Assembly (NCBI GenBank): GCA_963666275.2
Contig: CAXXOA010000001.1
Span: forward strand, 2,080,001-2,144,000
Length of the DNA stretch: 64,000 nucleotides
Direction of reading: 5' to 3'
Origin: Oceanispirochaeta sp.
GTDB taxonomy: Bacteria; Spirochaetota; Spirochaetia; DSM-2461
Part shown: positions 51,478 through 63,204 of the stretch, one piece after another
Layout of the letters: every line of letters starts with the position of its first letter
Position numbering within the stretch: the first letter of the stretch is position 1
Translations under genes and position numbers: made by a program
Notes under the pieces: generated by a model
Told to the model about the DNA's origin: nothing
The model's database searches: none
The model's input: the letters and a program-made list of their open reading frames with translations, nothing else

Positions 51478-51585
51478 CCCTTCGGCACTTCGGCTACGCT
51501 CAGTGGAGCCCTCCGCTCAGGGACCACCCTTCGGCACTTCGGCTACGCTCAGTGGAGCCCTCAACTCAGGGACCACCCTTCGGCA
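51477..51585. repeat. 49-bp tandem repeat (about 2.2 copies) of nested REP-like palindromes
   Basis: Units start at 51477, 51526 and 51575: ACCCTTCGGCACTTCGGCTACGCTCAGTGGAGCCCTC(CG/AA)CTCAGGGACC. Confidence 0.9.
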
Positions 51586-51645
51586 TAAACAATAGACTTG
51601 TATATTTCCCTCATCCCCGCCCCTTCTCCCGCAAGGAAAAGGAAT

Positions 51646-51695
51646 AAAAAAAACCATATCTGAGATAATACTATCTATCTTATCCCGGATATGGT
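51646..51695 (-). terminator. Intrinsic terminator of valS
   Basis: Minus strand: ACCATATCCGGGATAA...TTATCTCAGATATGGT followed by a T run. Confidence 0.7.
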
Positions 51696-51747
51696 CTGAT
51701 CTGTTTTATACAACCCCTCGCCCAAGGGGAGAGGGGTGTTTTAATGA

Positions 51748-54387
51748 TTACAGTTCTGAAAGGTAGGCTGTCATCTTTTCGATGGCATTCCTGAACTCTT
51801 CCATTTTTTCCTTCTCTTTGGCAATGACATCCTCCGGAGCCCGGGAGGTGAACTTCTCATTGGAAAGCTTCTTTTCGGTGCTCTGAAGCATCTGTCTGTT
51901 CTTCTCAAGGTTTTTCTGGAGTTTCTGTTTTTCCTTCTCCACATCGATAAGATCTCTTATGTAGACATGGGCTTCGAAGGTTTTACCTACAGCCGCAACA
52001 GAACCGGAGAGATCATCTTCTTCGGAAAGAAGGGCAAAATCATCGGACTGTATCAGCGATGCGATCAGTTCGGATTCGGCATTGAAGAAATCCCCCAGCC
52101 CCGGCTGATCTGTTTTTACCCGGGCTTTGATTTTTCTGGAAGGCGGAAGGTTGAACTCGCTCCTCAGAGTCCTGACGGCCTGTACCAGCTCCTGAAGCTG
52201 GGTAAAGTTTTCCGCCAGGCGGTGGTTCTCTTTTTCCTTCTCATAGACAGGATAGGCCGCTGTAATCAATGCTTCATCCACACCGGGAAGTTTCTGGTAG
52301 ATCTCTTCTGTCAGGAAGGACATGAAGGGGTGCAGCAGTTTCAGAGACTTGCCCAAGACATCAATCAGAACGGTAACGGCCCTGTCTTTTTCTGAATCAT
52401 CATCGCTGTAAAGATAGAGCTTTGAAGCTTCCACATACCAGTCACAGAAATCGTTCCAGAAAAACTCGTACACAGTATGAGCCATATCATCAAAACGGTA
52501 GGCATCCACAGCTTTTCCCACAGACAGTACCGCTTCATTCAATCTATGATAGATCCACTGATCGACCCCTTTCAGTTCCACAGTTGACGCATCCAGGATC
52601 TGGCGGCCCTCCAGGTTCATGAGGATATAGCGGGAAGCATTCCAGACTTTATTGCAGAACCGGCTTCCCAGTTTTACTGTATCCATATCGAGAGGAATAT
52701 CCTGTCCCTGGGCGGAGAGGTAGGCCAGAGTGAATTTCATGGCATCCGCACCGTACTGGGCGACGATATCCAGCGGATCGATTCCATTGCCCAGAGATTT
52801 GGACATTTTTCTTCCGTGTTTGTCTCTGACCAGGGGTGTAATATAGATATCCCGAAAGGGAGCGGCTTCCATGAACTCTTCAGAAGCCATAATCATACGG
52901 GCCACCCAGAAGAAAATGATGTCGTATCCCGTAACAAGGGCGCTTGTGGGAAAGAACTTCTCCAGATCTACTGTTTTTTCAGGCCATCCCAGTGTGGAGA
53001 AAGGCCAGAGCCAGGAGGAGAACCAGGTGTCGAGCACATCCGGATCCTGCTCCAGAGCGGAGGAAGAACATTTGGGGCAGGATGTGGGATCTTCCCTTTC
53101 CACAATGACTTCACCGCAGTCCTGACAGGTCCAGGCGGGGATTCTGTGTCCCCACCAGAGCTGGCGGGAGATACACCAGTCCCGGATCCCGTTGAGCCAG
53201 TGGGTGTAGGTATTTTCCCATCTTTTGGGAAAAAACCGGACCCTATCCTCTTTCCAGGCATTCAGAGCCTTTTCGGCCATCCCTTCCATTTTTACAAACC
53301 ACTGCTCGGACATGTAGGGTTCAATCACAGTCTTACAACGGTAACAGTGTCCTACCTGATGGGGTTTTTCCTCTATTTTTACGAGATATCTCCCCTCTTC
53401 CAGGGCAGAGATGGTTTTTTTTCTGGCGTCCTGAACTGAAAGCCCCTGAAAAGCTTCAGGAACATTTCCGTTAAGAGTACCGTCTCCATTGAGAATATTG
53501 ACCCTTTCCAGATCATGACGGTTTCCGACTTCCCAGTCATTGGGGTCATGGGCCGGTGTAATTTTAACGGCTCCGGAACCGAAATCTTTATTACAGTGAA
53601 AATCGGTGATGACCTCAATTTTCCTGTCGGTCAGGGGAAGGTCCAGCGTTTTGCCTACCATTTCCCGGTAGCGTTCATCCTCGGGATGAACAGCCACGGC
53701 TGTATCTCCAAACATGGTTTCAGGACGGGTGGTTGCGACTGTAATGCTTCCGGAACCGTCACTCAGGGGATAGGTTATATGATACAGTTTTCCCGGTTTT
53801 TCCTCATGATCCACCTCATCGTCCGCCAGAGCGGTACCGCAGGAGGTACACCAGTTCACAAGGTACTCGCCCTTATAGATAAGATCTCTTTCATAGAGAG
53901 TAACAAAAACTTCCCGGACCGCTCCGGAGAGCCCCTCATCCATGGTGAATCTTTCCCGGCTCCAGTCACAGGATGCTCCGATTTTTTTGAGCTGCCTGGT
54001 AATGATCCCGTGGTGCTCCTCTTTGACTTTCCAGGTTTCTTCAAGGAATTTTTCCCTACCCAGATCATGGCGGCTCAGGCCTTTCTCTTTCAGACGCCTT
54101 TCAACTACATTCTGAGTTGCAATTCCGGCATGGTCTGTACCGGGAACCCAGAGAGTGGGACGCCCCTGCATTCTGTGATAGCGGATCAGAATATCCTGGA
54201 GTGAGTTATTAAGCCCGTGTCCCATATGGAGAACACCTGTGACATTGGGCGGTGGAATAACAATGACAAAAGGATCTTTTGAATCGTCTCCGGCAGGTTC
54301 AAAATAACGCCCCTCTTCCCAGAAACTGTATATCCGGTCTTCGAATTCTCCCGGGTTATAAGTTTTTTCAAGTTCAATTGCCTTCAT
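51748..54387 (-). CDS. valS: Valine--tRNA ligase
   Basis: PPPNVTGVLHMGH, DWCISRQLWWGH, KMSKS, C-terminal coiled coil; likely start ATG 54387. Confidence 0.97.
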   Translation of the reverse strand: MKAIELEKTYNPGEFEDRIYSFWEEGRYFEPAGDDSKDPFVIVIPPPNVTGVLHMGHGLNNSLQDILIRYHRMQGRPTLWVPGTDHAGIATQNVVERRLKEKGLSRHDLGREKFLEETWKVKEEHHGIITRQLKKIGASCDWSRERFTMDEGLSGAVREVFVTLYERDLIYKGEYLVNWCTSCGTALADDEVDHEEKPGKLYHITYPLSDGSGSITVATTRPETMFGDTAVAVHPEDERYREMVGKTLDLPLTDRKIEVITDFHCNKDFGSGAVKITPAHDPNDWEVGNRHDLERVNILNGDGTLNGNVPEAFQGLSVQDARKKTISALEEGRYLVKIEEKPHQVGHCYRCKTVIEPYMSEQWFVKMEGMAEKALNAWKEDRVRFFPKRWENTYTHWLNGIRDWCISRQLWWGHRIPAWTCQDCGEVIVEREDPTSCPKCSSSALEQDPDVLDTWFSSWLWPFSTLGWPEKTVDLEKFFPTSALVTGYDIIFFWVARMIMASEEFMEAAPFRDIYITPLVRDKHGRKMSKSLGNGIDPLDIVAQYGADAMKFTLAYLSAQGQDIPLDMDTVKLGSRFCNKVWNASRYILMNLEGRQILDASTVELKGVDQWIYHRLNEAVLSVGKAVDAYRFDDMAHTVYEFFWNDFCDWYVEASKLYLYSDDDSEKDRAVTVLIDVLGKSLKLLHPFMSFLTEEIYQKLPGVDEALITAAYPVYEKEKENHRLAENFTQLQELVQAVRTLRSEFNLPPSRKIKARVKTDQPGLGDFFNAESELIASLIQSDDFALLSEEDDLSGSVAAVGKTFEAHVYIRDLIDVEKEKQKLQKNLEKNRQMLQSTEKKLSNEKFTSRAPEDVIAKEKEKMEEFRNAIEKMTAYLSEL

Positions 54388-54573
54388 TATCCCATCCTTC
54401 AACTCTTATAAATGATCCTCAATAAAACTGGTAAAAAGGATCTTTAACAATGTAGAATGAATAGTACAGAAAAGATCCTAAAGAATCAATCTGTACCAGC
54501 CTGAAGCCTCTTACGGCTCAGGACCGGTATTGAAAATTTCTGCAGGAATCATGATACTGAGGGCAGAGGTTAT

Positions 54574-55008
54574 ATGAGTAATTCATTAGATTCAGCAGCA
54601 ATTGAAATTTTACAGCAGGGCGATTATACAACACTGGCTCTGATTGACGGGAACGAACCCTATATCCTCACCCTATACTACGGATTCAACAGAGAAGAAA
54701 TGACTGTCTTCTACTGCACTGAAAAAAGAGGGATGAAACTGGATTACCTCAGAAGCAATCCCTATACCTGCGGTACCATAATACTCAAAGGGTGTGACAA
54801 TAACGCCTTCCTCTACCGTTCCCTTGTCTACAAAGGAATCCTTGAGGTTATACATGACACGAAAGAACAGGCAAAAGCTCTGAAAGCCATAGAAAAGCAT
54901 TCAGGATTTGATATCGAGCTTTCCCGGCTGAGAGATCCCATGCTTATGAAACTGATAATGGAAGAGTCATCAGTCAGAGAATGGGAGAGCAATCGACCGG
55001 GCAGCTGA
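54574..55008 (+). CDS. Pyridoxamine 5'-phosphate oxidase-like (Nim-like) flavin-binding protein
   Basis: LAL...PY...L.YG, GMKLD.L..NP, YRSLV..G. Confidence 0.75.
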   Translation: MSNSLDSAAIEILQQGDYTTLALIDGNEPYILTLYYGFNREEMTVFYCTEKRGMKLDYLRSNPYTCGTIILKGCDNNAFLYRSLVYKGILEVIHDTKEQAKALKAIEKHSGFDIELSRLRDPMLMKLIMEESSVREWESNRPGS

Positions 55009-55013
55009 AGCTC

Positions 55014-55589
55014 CTATTTTTCACCGGCAATCAGTTCAGACAGTGGCCTCTTGGGAACATGATGCACATCTGATGAATCCCTGTAATAGATGACATTTTC
55101 CGGGTTTGAGGCATCTTCCAGAAGTATGGTCTCACCGGGATAGCCGAAAGCCAGGACCAGACAGGGAGTCAGATCCTCAGGAAGATCAAGGACCTGAGAG
55201 AGAGTAGACTTACCGAAACTACCGATCATACAGCACCCCACTCCCTCCTCAGCGGCTCCCAGCTGCATTGTCTGGGCAACGATACCGTGATCACAGCTCG
55301 GGTTGGGGCTGAGGGATTTATCAAGAAGAATCACTATATATCCCTGAGGCCTTTCTCCTTCTGACGGGCCGTCCCATTCTGTAAGGGCTCCTGCCCATTT
55401 TAAAACGGGAAAGAGAGCGTTCTTCCCCTTTTCCGATGAAACTATCATATATTTCAGAAACTGAAGGTTTTTGGAACTGGGAGAGAATCTGGCATAGGAA
55501 ACCATTCTGTGCAGAAAATCCTGGGGAAGGGGTTTTGCAGAAAAGCGTCTGTAACTTCTGGCAGATTTTACGAGATCTTCAAAGGACAT
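55014..55589 (-). CDS. Nitroreductase family protein
   Basis: RSYRRF, SPSSKNLQ, G.G.C.IG, GYP, PKR; start ATG 55589 behind AAGGAG. Confidence 0.9.
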   Translation of the reverse strand: MSFEDLVKSARSYRRFSAKPLPQDFLHRMVSYARFSPSSKNLQFLKYMIVSSEKGKNALFPVLKWAGALTEWDGPSEGERPQGYIVILLDKSLSPNPSCDHGIVAQTMQLGAAEEGVGCCMIGSFGKSTLSQVLDLPEDLTPCLVLAFGYPGETILLEDASNPENVIYYRDSSDVHHVPKRPLSELIAGEK

Positions 55590-55654
55590 GGGAGACTCCT
55601 TAAACAATGTGTTGGATTACAGAAATCCTGAATATCCTAGCACTGATTTTCCAT

Positions 55655-55690
55655 AAAAAAAAGAGGCTGTCCCACCGGGAGACAGCCTCT
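55655..55690 (-). terminator. Intrinsic terminator of yajC-secD-secF
   Basis: AGAGGCTGTC...GACAGCCTCT stem plus a T run on the minus strand. Confidence 0.85.
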
Positions 55691-55710
55691 GAATCAAACC
55701 TCAAAGGGTT

Positions 55711-56772
55711 TTATTTCTTCTTTTTCTTTTTCTCTTTGGCTTTTTTCTTTTTCTCTGTAGCCTCTGCAATTTCCTCAGCGGTCTGTTTGACAGCCTCAGG
55801 CTGGGGTGCAGATTTTTTCACCTGCTGTGCTTTGACTTCGGCAACAACTTTTTCTGTCGCACCGGCAGAAACTGTTTTCGCTTTTTTCACTTCAGCATTG
55901 TGCCAGCCCAGAAGGATGGTGGATGCAATGAAGATCGAAGAATAGGTACCAACGATGATACCGACAATTAGACTCAGAGCAAAAGTCTTGATCGTTCCTG
56001 TACCGATCACAAAAATGAAGAGTACGGCGATGAACGTGGTCAATGAAGTAATCAGCGTACGTCTTAAAGACTGTGTAATGGAAATATTGATAACTTCAAA
56101 GAACTTCTTGTCTTTCAGGAGCCTGCTGTTTTCACGGATTCTGTCAAAAATAACGATGGTATCGTTCAGTGAGTAACCAACAATCGTCAGAACCGCTGCG
56201 ATAGTAGCAGTTGAGAATTCCAGCTGGAGGACTCCGATAAAACCGAGAAGGAACAGAACATCGTGGACAATGGCCGCAATGGACGAAACCGCATAGTTCA
56301 GTCGGAACCGGAACCATATGTACACAAGGATCAGAGCCAGGGCGACAATTGTCAGGAATATCGTCTGGGAAGAGAGATTTCCCGCCAGTCTCGCACCGAC
56401 AAACTCTGTTGAAAGAACTTCTACAGATCCCGCGCCGAAAGCAGCTTCCAGATTATCCAGAATCTCTTTTTCAGCCTGAGCCTGGAAATTTTCCACACTC
56501 TCGTCTTCACCGACCCGGATCATATAATTGTTTTCACCCGAATCTCCGACGGTCTGTACCTGGAGGGCTTCCATGGAACTTAAAGCGTCTTTGACACTGG
56601 CAATATCATCTGCGCCGCTGATAGCGATCCTCTGGCTCAGACCGGCTTTAAAATCAATCCCGAAATTGAAACCGCCCTGAGCGAAAGTTCCCACCCAGAA
56701 GGCAACAATCAGAACGATTGATATGGTCAGCCAGATAAAGCGGCTTTTAGTAAAATTGATTACTTTTTCCAT
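55711..56772 (-). CDS. secF: Protein translocase subunit SecF
   Basis: GIDFKAG, HDV, GYSLNDTIVIFDRIRE. Confidence 0.96.
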   Translation of the reverse strand: MEKVINFTKSRFIWLTISIVLIVAFWVGTFAQGGFNFGIDFKAGLSQRIAISGADDIASVKDALSSMEALQVQTVGDSGENNYMIRVGEDESVENFQAQAEKEILDNLEAAFGAGSVEVLSTEFVGARLAGNLSSQTIFLTIVALALILVYIWFRFRLNYAVSSIAAIVHDVLFLLGFIGVLQLEFSTATIAAVLTIVGYSLNDTIVIFDRIRENSRLLKDKKFFEVINISITQSLRRTLITSLTTFIAVLFIFVIGTGTIKTFALSLIVGIIVGTYSSIFIASTILLGWHNAEVKKAKTVSAGATEKVVAEVKAQQVKKSAPQPEAVKQTAEEIAEATEKKKKAKEKKKKKK

Positions 56773-58496
56773 TATTTACGCCCCCAACTGATGCTGATTT
56801 TATCCCGCTTCATAACTTCTGTACCGAAGTCGAAGATCAGGCGGGATACAAAAATGGCTGTAAAGAGAGAACAGACAATACCGACTGCCAGAGTGACGGC
56901 AAATCCCTGAATAGGACCCTTAGCCAGCTGGGACAGGAAGATTGCTGCTATAAAAGTTGTAATATTGGCATCCATAACGGTCCAGAAAGCCTTTTTGAAT
57001 CCGGCTTCAACAGCTGCGGCCCGGGATTTTCCCAGTGCCAGTTCTTCCCGTATACGTTCAAAAATAATTACATTGGCATCCACAGCCATACCCACGTTCA
57101 GGATAATACCCGCAATACTTGTCATGGTCAGGGTCATATTGAATGACGACAGGATAGCAACAATAAAAATAAGGTTAAGAACCAGAGCCAGATCGGCAAT
57201 GAGACCGGCGCCTTTGTAATAGAGCAGCATGAACACAAATACGGCAATAAAACCGTACATGATGGCTCTCAGACCGGACTGGATGGCATCGCTACCCAGA
57301 GAGGCACCTACAGCCTGTTCGTTGATGATCTCAAGATCAACAGGGAGTGCGGCAGTTCTCAGTACCAGTTCAAGATCGCTTGCCTCTTCCTGATCAAATC
57401 CTGTGATCCTTACAGAATCCCGGATAGGTTCGGAAATACGGGCGGCGGCTTTCACTTTATCATCCATGACAACGGCCAGGGTCTTACCTGTGTTTTCAGA
57501 AGTGAACTTGTAGAACTGTTCTCCCCCTTCGGAATCCAGATTGAAGATGACATTGGGCTGACCGGTTACCTGATCGGCGATGGTATCTGCCTGCTGAATA
57601 TGATCTCCCGCCAGTCCGACTTCGTCACTGACAACAATGTATCTCTGAAACTGGTCAATGCCGTAACTGTCTTTTTTATAGAAACCGAGTACTCTCAGAC
57701 CTGCTTCCAGCAGATTGGGGTCCGAGGGACGGCCGTCTTCAAACACAGCTCCGGGATTGGCAGCTACATACTGGGAAATCCTGGTGGTAGCAGCATCATC
57801 TACAATATGAAAGTTCAATGTACCCTTTCCCATCAGGAAGGAGTTGACTCTTTCGGGATCCACTTCACCGGGGATTTCAATAAGAATCTGATCATTGGAC
57901 TGTTTCCGGATGGAAGGCTCGGTAACACCAAATTTATCAATTCTGTTATTCAGGATTTCCATTGCCAGGGTAATGGCTTCCTGAAGGTTTTCTTCAGTGG
58001 GCACCTGACCGAGTCTTTCCTGAAGGCTCTCTTCATCGGCCTGAACAACCACACTCATACCGCCGGAGAGATCGAGTCCCAGAAGGAGTGTTTTATTTTT
58101 CAGTTCTTTGAGAGACAGGATCTCTTCTCTGTAATGTTTTTCCAGAGAGTTAAAAACTTCATTACCTGATGCGAATCCCTGAAGAACAGTTTTCACTGTC
58201 CAGCTGGAGGGCAGATCTTTTTTGACAAGTTTATAATTATCCTTGGCCTGATCAATCAGAAATGCGATATCTTCAGGAAATTCCGCTTCCGGATCATCCT
58301 TTACCAGGCCGGTAAGGGTTTCAAGATCTTTAGAAGCAGTAACTTTTGCATATTTCTGGATCTCCTCTTTGGATCCATTAGCAAGAGTTTTCTTTTCATC
58401 AGGGGTAAAGAAGTACCAATCCACAGTCGGATAAAGAAAGTACGCACCTAACCCCAGAAAGAAAAGAACTACGATAAATCTAAATCGTTTGTTCAT
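56772..58496 (-). CDS. secD: Protein translocase subunit SecD
   Basis: LGLDLSGG, RID.FGV.EP, GMAVDANVIIFERIREE. Confidence 0.96.
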   Translation of the reverse strand: MNKRFRFIVVLFFLGLGAYFLYPTVDWYFFTPDEKKTLANGSKEEIQKYAKVTASKDLETLTGLVKDDPEAEFPEDIAFLIDQAKDNYKLVKKDLPSSWTVKTVLQGFASGNEVFNSLEKHYREEILSLKELKNKTLLLGLDLSGGMSVVVQADEESLQERLGQVPTEENLQEAITLAMEILNNRIDKFGVTEPSIRKQSNDQILIEIPGEVDPERVNSFLMGKGTLNFHIVDDAATTRISQYVAANPGAVFEDGRPSDPNLLEAGLRVLGFYKKDSYGIDQFQRYIVVSDEVGLAGDHIQQADTIADQVTGQPNVIFNLDSEGGEQFYKFTSENTGKTLAVVMDDKVKAAARISEPIRDSVRITGFDQEEASDLELVLRTAALPVDLEIINEQAVGASLGSDAIQSGLRAIMYGFIAVFVFMLLYYKGAGLIADLALVLNLIFIVAILSSFNMTLTMTSIAGIILNVGMAVDANVIIFERIREELALGKSRAAAVEAGFKKAFWTVMDANITTFIAAIFLSQLAKGPIQGFAVTLAVGIVCSLFTAIFVSRLIFDFGTEVMKRDKISISWGRK

Positions 58497-58516
58497 TTAC
58501 ATTCTCCGGTAAGTTC

Positions 58517-58894
58517 TTATTTTTTTTCAGATTTTTCTTTCTGGTCTTTTTTCTGGTCTTTTTTTTCTGTTTCCGCGTTCAGAACTGTAGAGACAGCAGA
58601 TTTATTGAATTCCAGTTTAGTATCATCGTCAACCTTAACAATAACAGTTTCATCTTTGACAGACTGAACAGTTCCTCTGATCCCGCCGATGGTGACAACT
58701 TTGTCGCCCTTTTTCATCGCATTGATCATAGCCTGGGTCTGTTTCTGTTTTTTGTTCTGGGGTCTGATGATCAGGAAATAAAAGATTCCTATTACCAGAG
58801 CGAAAGTGACAAGACTGGTGGTCATGGACCCGCCTGAAGCAGATCCTGCTCCTGCCGGTGCCCCCATCAGGAGAGCCATATTAAAAAATTCCAT
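58517..58894 (-). CDS. yajC: Preprotein translocase subunit YajC
   Basis: FYFLIIRPQ.KK, KGDKVVTIGGI.G. Confidence 0.95.
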   Translation of the reverse strand: MEFFNMALLMGAPAGAGSASGGSMTTSLVTFALVIGIFYFLIIRPQNKKQKQTQAMINAMKKGDKVVTIGGIRGTVQSVKDETVIVKVDDDTKLEFNKSAVSTVLNAETEKKDQKKDQKEKSEKK

Positions 58895-58960
58895 ATTTTT
58901 TATCCTCGGATTAAAGATTTGGTTAAAATATCACAGAAATTCTGTTCCCGTCAAGAATCG

Positions 58961-59254
58961 CTAGATCGCCTTGACCCGTGAGATACCCTCGGGAACAGTA
59001 AACACGCCGAACAGCCTTTTCATTTCCTGTACAGATGAATAGGAAGAACCGCTGACACGGTTGTAATCCCGGAGGACTTTTTCAAGATCTTCCTGACTGT
59101 TTTCAAAAAGGGCTTTACTGAAAGCCTGCTTGTACAGTCCTTTTTCAAGAAGACTGTCTACGCTGAGCTTTGCATAATGTTTCAGATTGGACTTATCAAC
59201 AATGGCTGAATTTCCTGAATACCCGATGGTATTACAGAACTCTACTAACTTCAT
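58961..59254 (-). CDS. Hypothetical protein (97 aa)
   Basis: ATG 59254 behind a GAGG SD; no motif recognised. Confidence 0.65.
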   Translation of the reverse strand: MKLVEFCNTIGYSGNSAIVDKSNLKHYAKLSVDSLLEKGLYKQAFSKALFENSQEDLEKVLRDYNRVSGSSYSSVQEMKRLFGVFTVPEGISRVKAI

Positions 59255-59279
59255 CTTTTCCTCTCTTTTTCCGGCGCAC

Positions 59280-59306
59280 AAAAAAGGGGAAGCAGATGCC
59301 TCCCCT
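59280..59306 (-). terminator. Intrinsic terminator of groEL
   Basis: AGGGGAGGCA-TC-TGCTTCCCCT-TTTTT. Confidence 0.8.
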
Positions 59307-59340
59307 ATTCACTTAATTCAAAGGGTTTTGAATCGGGGGA

Positions 59341-61032
<1,692 letters not shown>

Positions 61033-61119
61033 TTATCGGCTCTGTTCGAGCTACAGAATGTAAGATACTAATTCCTGATGAAATCATCAAGAAATATTTT
61101 AAGAAATAAATCAAAGAAA

Positions 61120-61911
61120 TCACGGATGTTCCTGTTTTTTCTCAGTTTCGTTTTTTTGTCCCCTTCTGTAACCGGGAAAAAGGATTTCTCCTGCCATAAT
61201 TTCCCTGAGATGCCCCCCGCTGGTATCTTCTGCAAGGAGGAAACCTTCTGATGACAGCCCCCGTATAACTACAGTCTCCCTCTCCTGTGATCCGGCAGCC
61301 CCTTTTATAAAAGTAACTTCCCTGTCCAGGAAGAAGAGCCTCCGGGTAATCTCCTGCTGCCATCGGGGATCTTCATAGCTCTCTTTCAGGTATTCCAGGA
61401 CAGGAGGCAGAATTTCTTCAGGATGGCAGGACAAATCTGAAAGCAGTGCCAGAGAGGTGGACTTTTTTTCCAGCTCTTCATGAAAATCTCTCTGTTCGCA
61501 GTTCAGTCCGATCCCCACGGAAATAAACTCCCCTCTTGATTCGCAGAGGATTCCGGAAATCTTTTTTCCTTCCACAAGGACGTCATTAGGCCATTTAATA
61601 GCACCCTCCAGACCGTATTGATCCTCCAGAAACCTGGCAATTCCCAGACCTGTCAGGAGCGGTACCTGATAAAAGGGATGGACAATCCTGTCATGGGTCA
61701 GCTGCAGAGTCATAAGGAGATTGCGTCCACGGTCAGCCATCCAGGTCCTTTTATGGCCTCGGCCCCGCCCCTGCTCCTGGTATCCCGCGAAAATGACAGT
61801 CCCGTGCCCCCATTCCCGGAGAGTAAGAATATCAGCCATGGTGGACCCTGTTATATCCTTATAAAATACAGGCGCCCTCCCGAATGGGTTGCTCAGTGAA
61901 GTTTTTACCAT
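61120..61911 (-). CDS. birA: Biotin--protein ligase (class I, no HTH)
   Basis: QEQGRGR...W, KWPND, KISGIL, GIGLN. Confidence 0.93.
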   Translation of the reverse strand: MVKTSLSNPFGRAPVFYKDITGSTMADILTLREWGHGTVIFAGYQEQGRGRGHKRTWMADRGRNLLMTLQLTHDRIVHPFYQVPLLTGLGIARFLEDQYGLEGAIKWPNDVLVEGKKISGILCESRGEFISVGIGLNCEQRDFHEELEKKSTSLALLSDLSCHPEEILPPVLEYLKESYEDPRWQQEITRRLFFLDREVTFIKGAAGSQERETVVIRGLSSEGFLLAEDTSGGHLREIMAGEILFPGYRRGQKNETEKKQEHP

Positions 61912-61979
61912 AGAAGAGCATTATATATAAAAGGGAACGGTTGAAAAAGGTTCCACTTTAGGGCATATTATCCAGGCAG

Positions 61980-62624
61980 ATGAGTATGGTTAAAAAGTTT
62001 TTATTTCTGACAATTTTTCTACATATATTTTCCCTTTCCGCCCAGGACAGTTCCCAGATGTTCCGCGCTATAGCCAATGCGGATTATCTCAGGGTTGAAA
62101 CTCTCCTGAATCAGGGCATGGATCCCGATGTCCGTGACGGAAGGGACAGATCGGCCCTGCATCTTGCCATTCTCTACGAAAACGATCAGATCGGAGCAAC
62201 CCTGCTACAGGCCGGCGCCGATCCGACGGAATACGACAGTGATGGGGATTCCCTTCTCTACCTGGCGGTTCTGAGGGGAATGGAGAATACCGCCACGGCC
62301 ATGGTCCGCGGTGGAGCCGATCCCAATTTTATAAACCAGTACGGAAACAGCATCCTGGTCATGTCCATCATCAAGGGTATGATTCTGACTTCCCGGGAAC
62401 TGGTTCTTCACGGTGCCGAACCCAATACAGTTTCATCCGGAGGGCTATCCTCCCTCATGCTGGCTGTGCAGAAAGGCCTGAGAGAAACAGCTGAGGAACT
62501 TGTCATCCGGGGAGCCGAAGTGAATGTAAAGGATACCAACGGCTACACCCCTCTTATGATCGCTACCTGGCGTCAGTATGAGACCCTGAGACAGCTTCTG
62601 ATCGACTACGGCGCTGTTGAATAA
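61980..62624 (+). CDS. Exported ankyrin-repeat protein
   Basis: Signal peptide; about five G.(S/T)(A/P)L..A...GA.P/VN repeats. Confidence 0.9.
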   Translation: MSMVKKFLFLTIFLHIFSLSAQDSSQMFRAIANADYLRVETLLNQGMDPDVRDGRDRSALHLAILYENDQIGATLLQAGADPTEYDSDGDSLLYLAVLRGMENTATAMVRGGADPNFINQYGNSILVMSIIKGMILTSRELVLHGAEPNTVSSGGLSSLMLAVQKGLRETAEELVIRGAEVNVKDTNGYTPLMIATWRQYETLRQLLIDYGAVE

Positions 62625-62682
62625 TTATTTTAACCATTTGGTCAGATTTTTTCCATTATAAGCTTGCATAACCCTCCATATA

Positions 62683-62721
62683 ACTGTATGTTTATACAAA
62701 ATTCAGGAATAAATATACGGA
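62683..62721 (+). promoter_or_regulatory. Tandem ARG boxes overlapping the argR promoter
   Basis: Cores TGTATGTTTATACA (62685-62698) and GGAATAAATATACG (62706-62719), i.e. two 18-bp boxes 3 bp apart; TTGCAT-17-TATGTT promoter. Confidence 0.75.
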
Positions 62722-62729
62722 ATTAATCG

Positions 62730-63203
62730 ATGAACAGCAGAACGGCGAGATTAAAATCAATTAAACGAATTATTGGGGAATACCATATAACAAGCCAGGA
62801 GGAACTTCTCAGCTTTCTGGAAAAAGAGGATGTCACAGTCACACAGGCAACCCTCTCCAGGGATCTGAAACTCCTCAAAGTGGGAAAAGTCTCGGACGGC
62901 AACAACGGATATTATTATACCCTTCCCCGGAACAGAAAAGAGCTTGAATCGACACAGCAGTATATCAACGATATCACCAGAGGATTCATTTCCATAAGCT
63001 TTTCGGGAAACCTCTGCATAATGAAAACACTGGCAGGCCATGCCGATACGGTAGCCATTGCCCTGGACCAGCTTGAAATGGATGAGATCCTGGGAACCAT
63101 CGCGGGTGATGATACGATCCTGATTGTCCTGAAAGAGAATCTCACAAGCAGAATGTTTATCTCGGCACTGAAAAATACAGTCCCCGAAATGGAGCTTGAG
63201 TAG
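62730..63203 (+). CDS. argR: Arginine repressor
   Basis: SQEEL, VTQATLSRDL, GTIAGDDT. Confidence 0.97.
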   Translation: MNSRTARLKSIKRIIGEYHITSQEELLSFLEKEDVTVTQATLSRDLKLLKVGKVSDGNNGYYYTLPRNRKELESTQQYINDITRGFISISFSGNLCIMKTLAGHADTVAIALDQLEMDEILGTIAGDDTILIVLKENLTSRMFISALKNTVPEMELE

Positions 63204-63204
63204 T

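Noticed and set aside
51477..51585. CRISPR array partnering the Cas2-like gene
   Set aside because: Units are head-to-tail with no unique spacers, there are only about two copies, and they lie 35 kb from the Cas2-like gene
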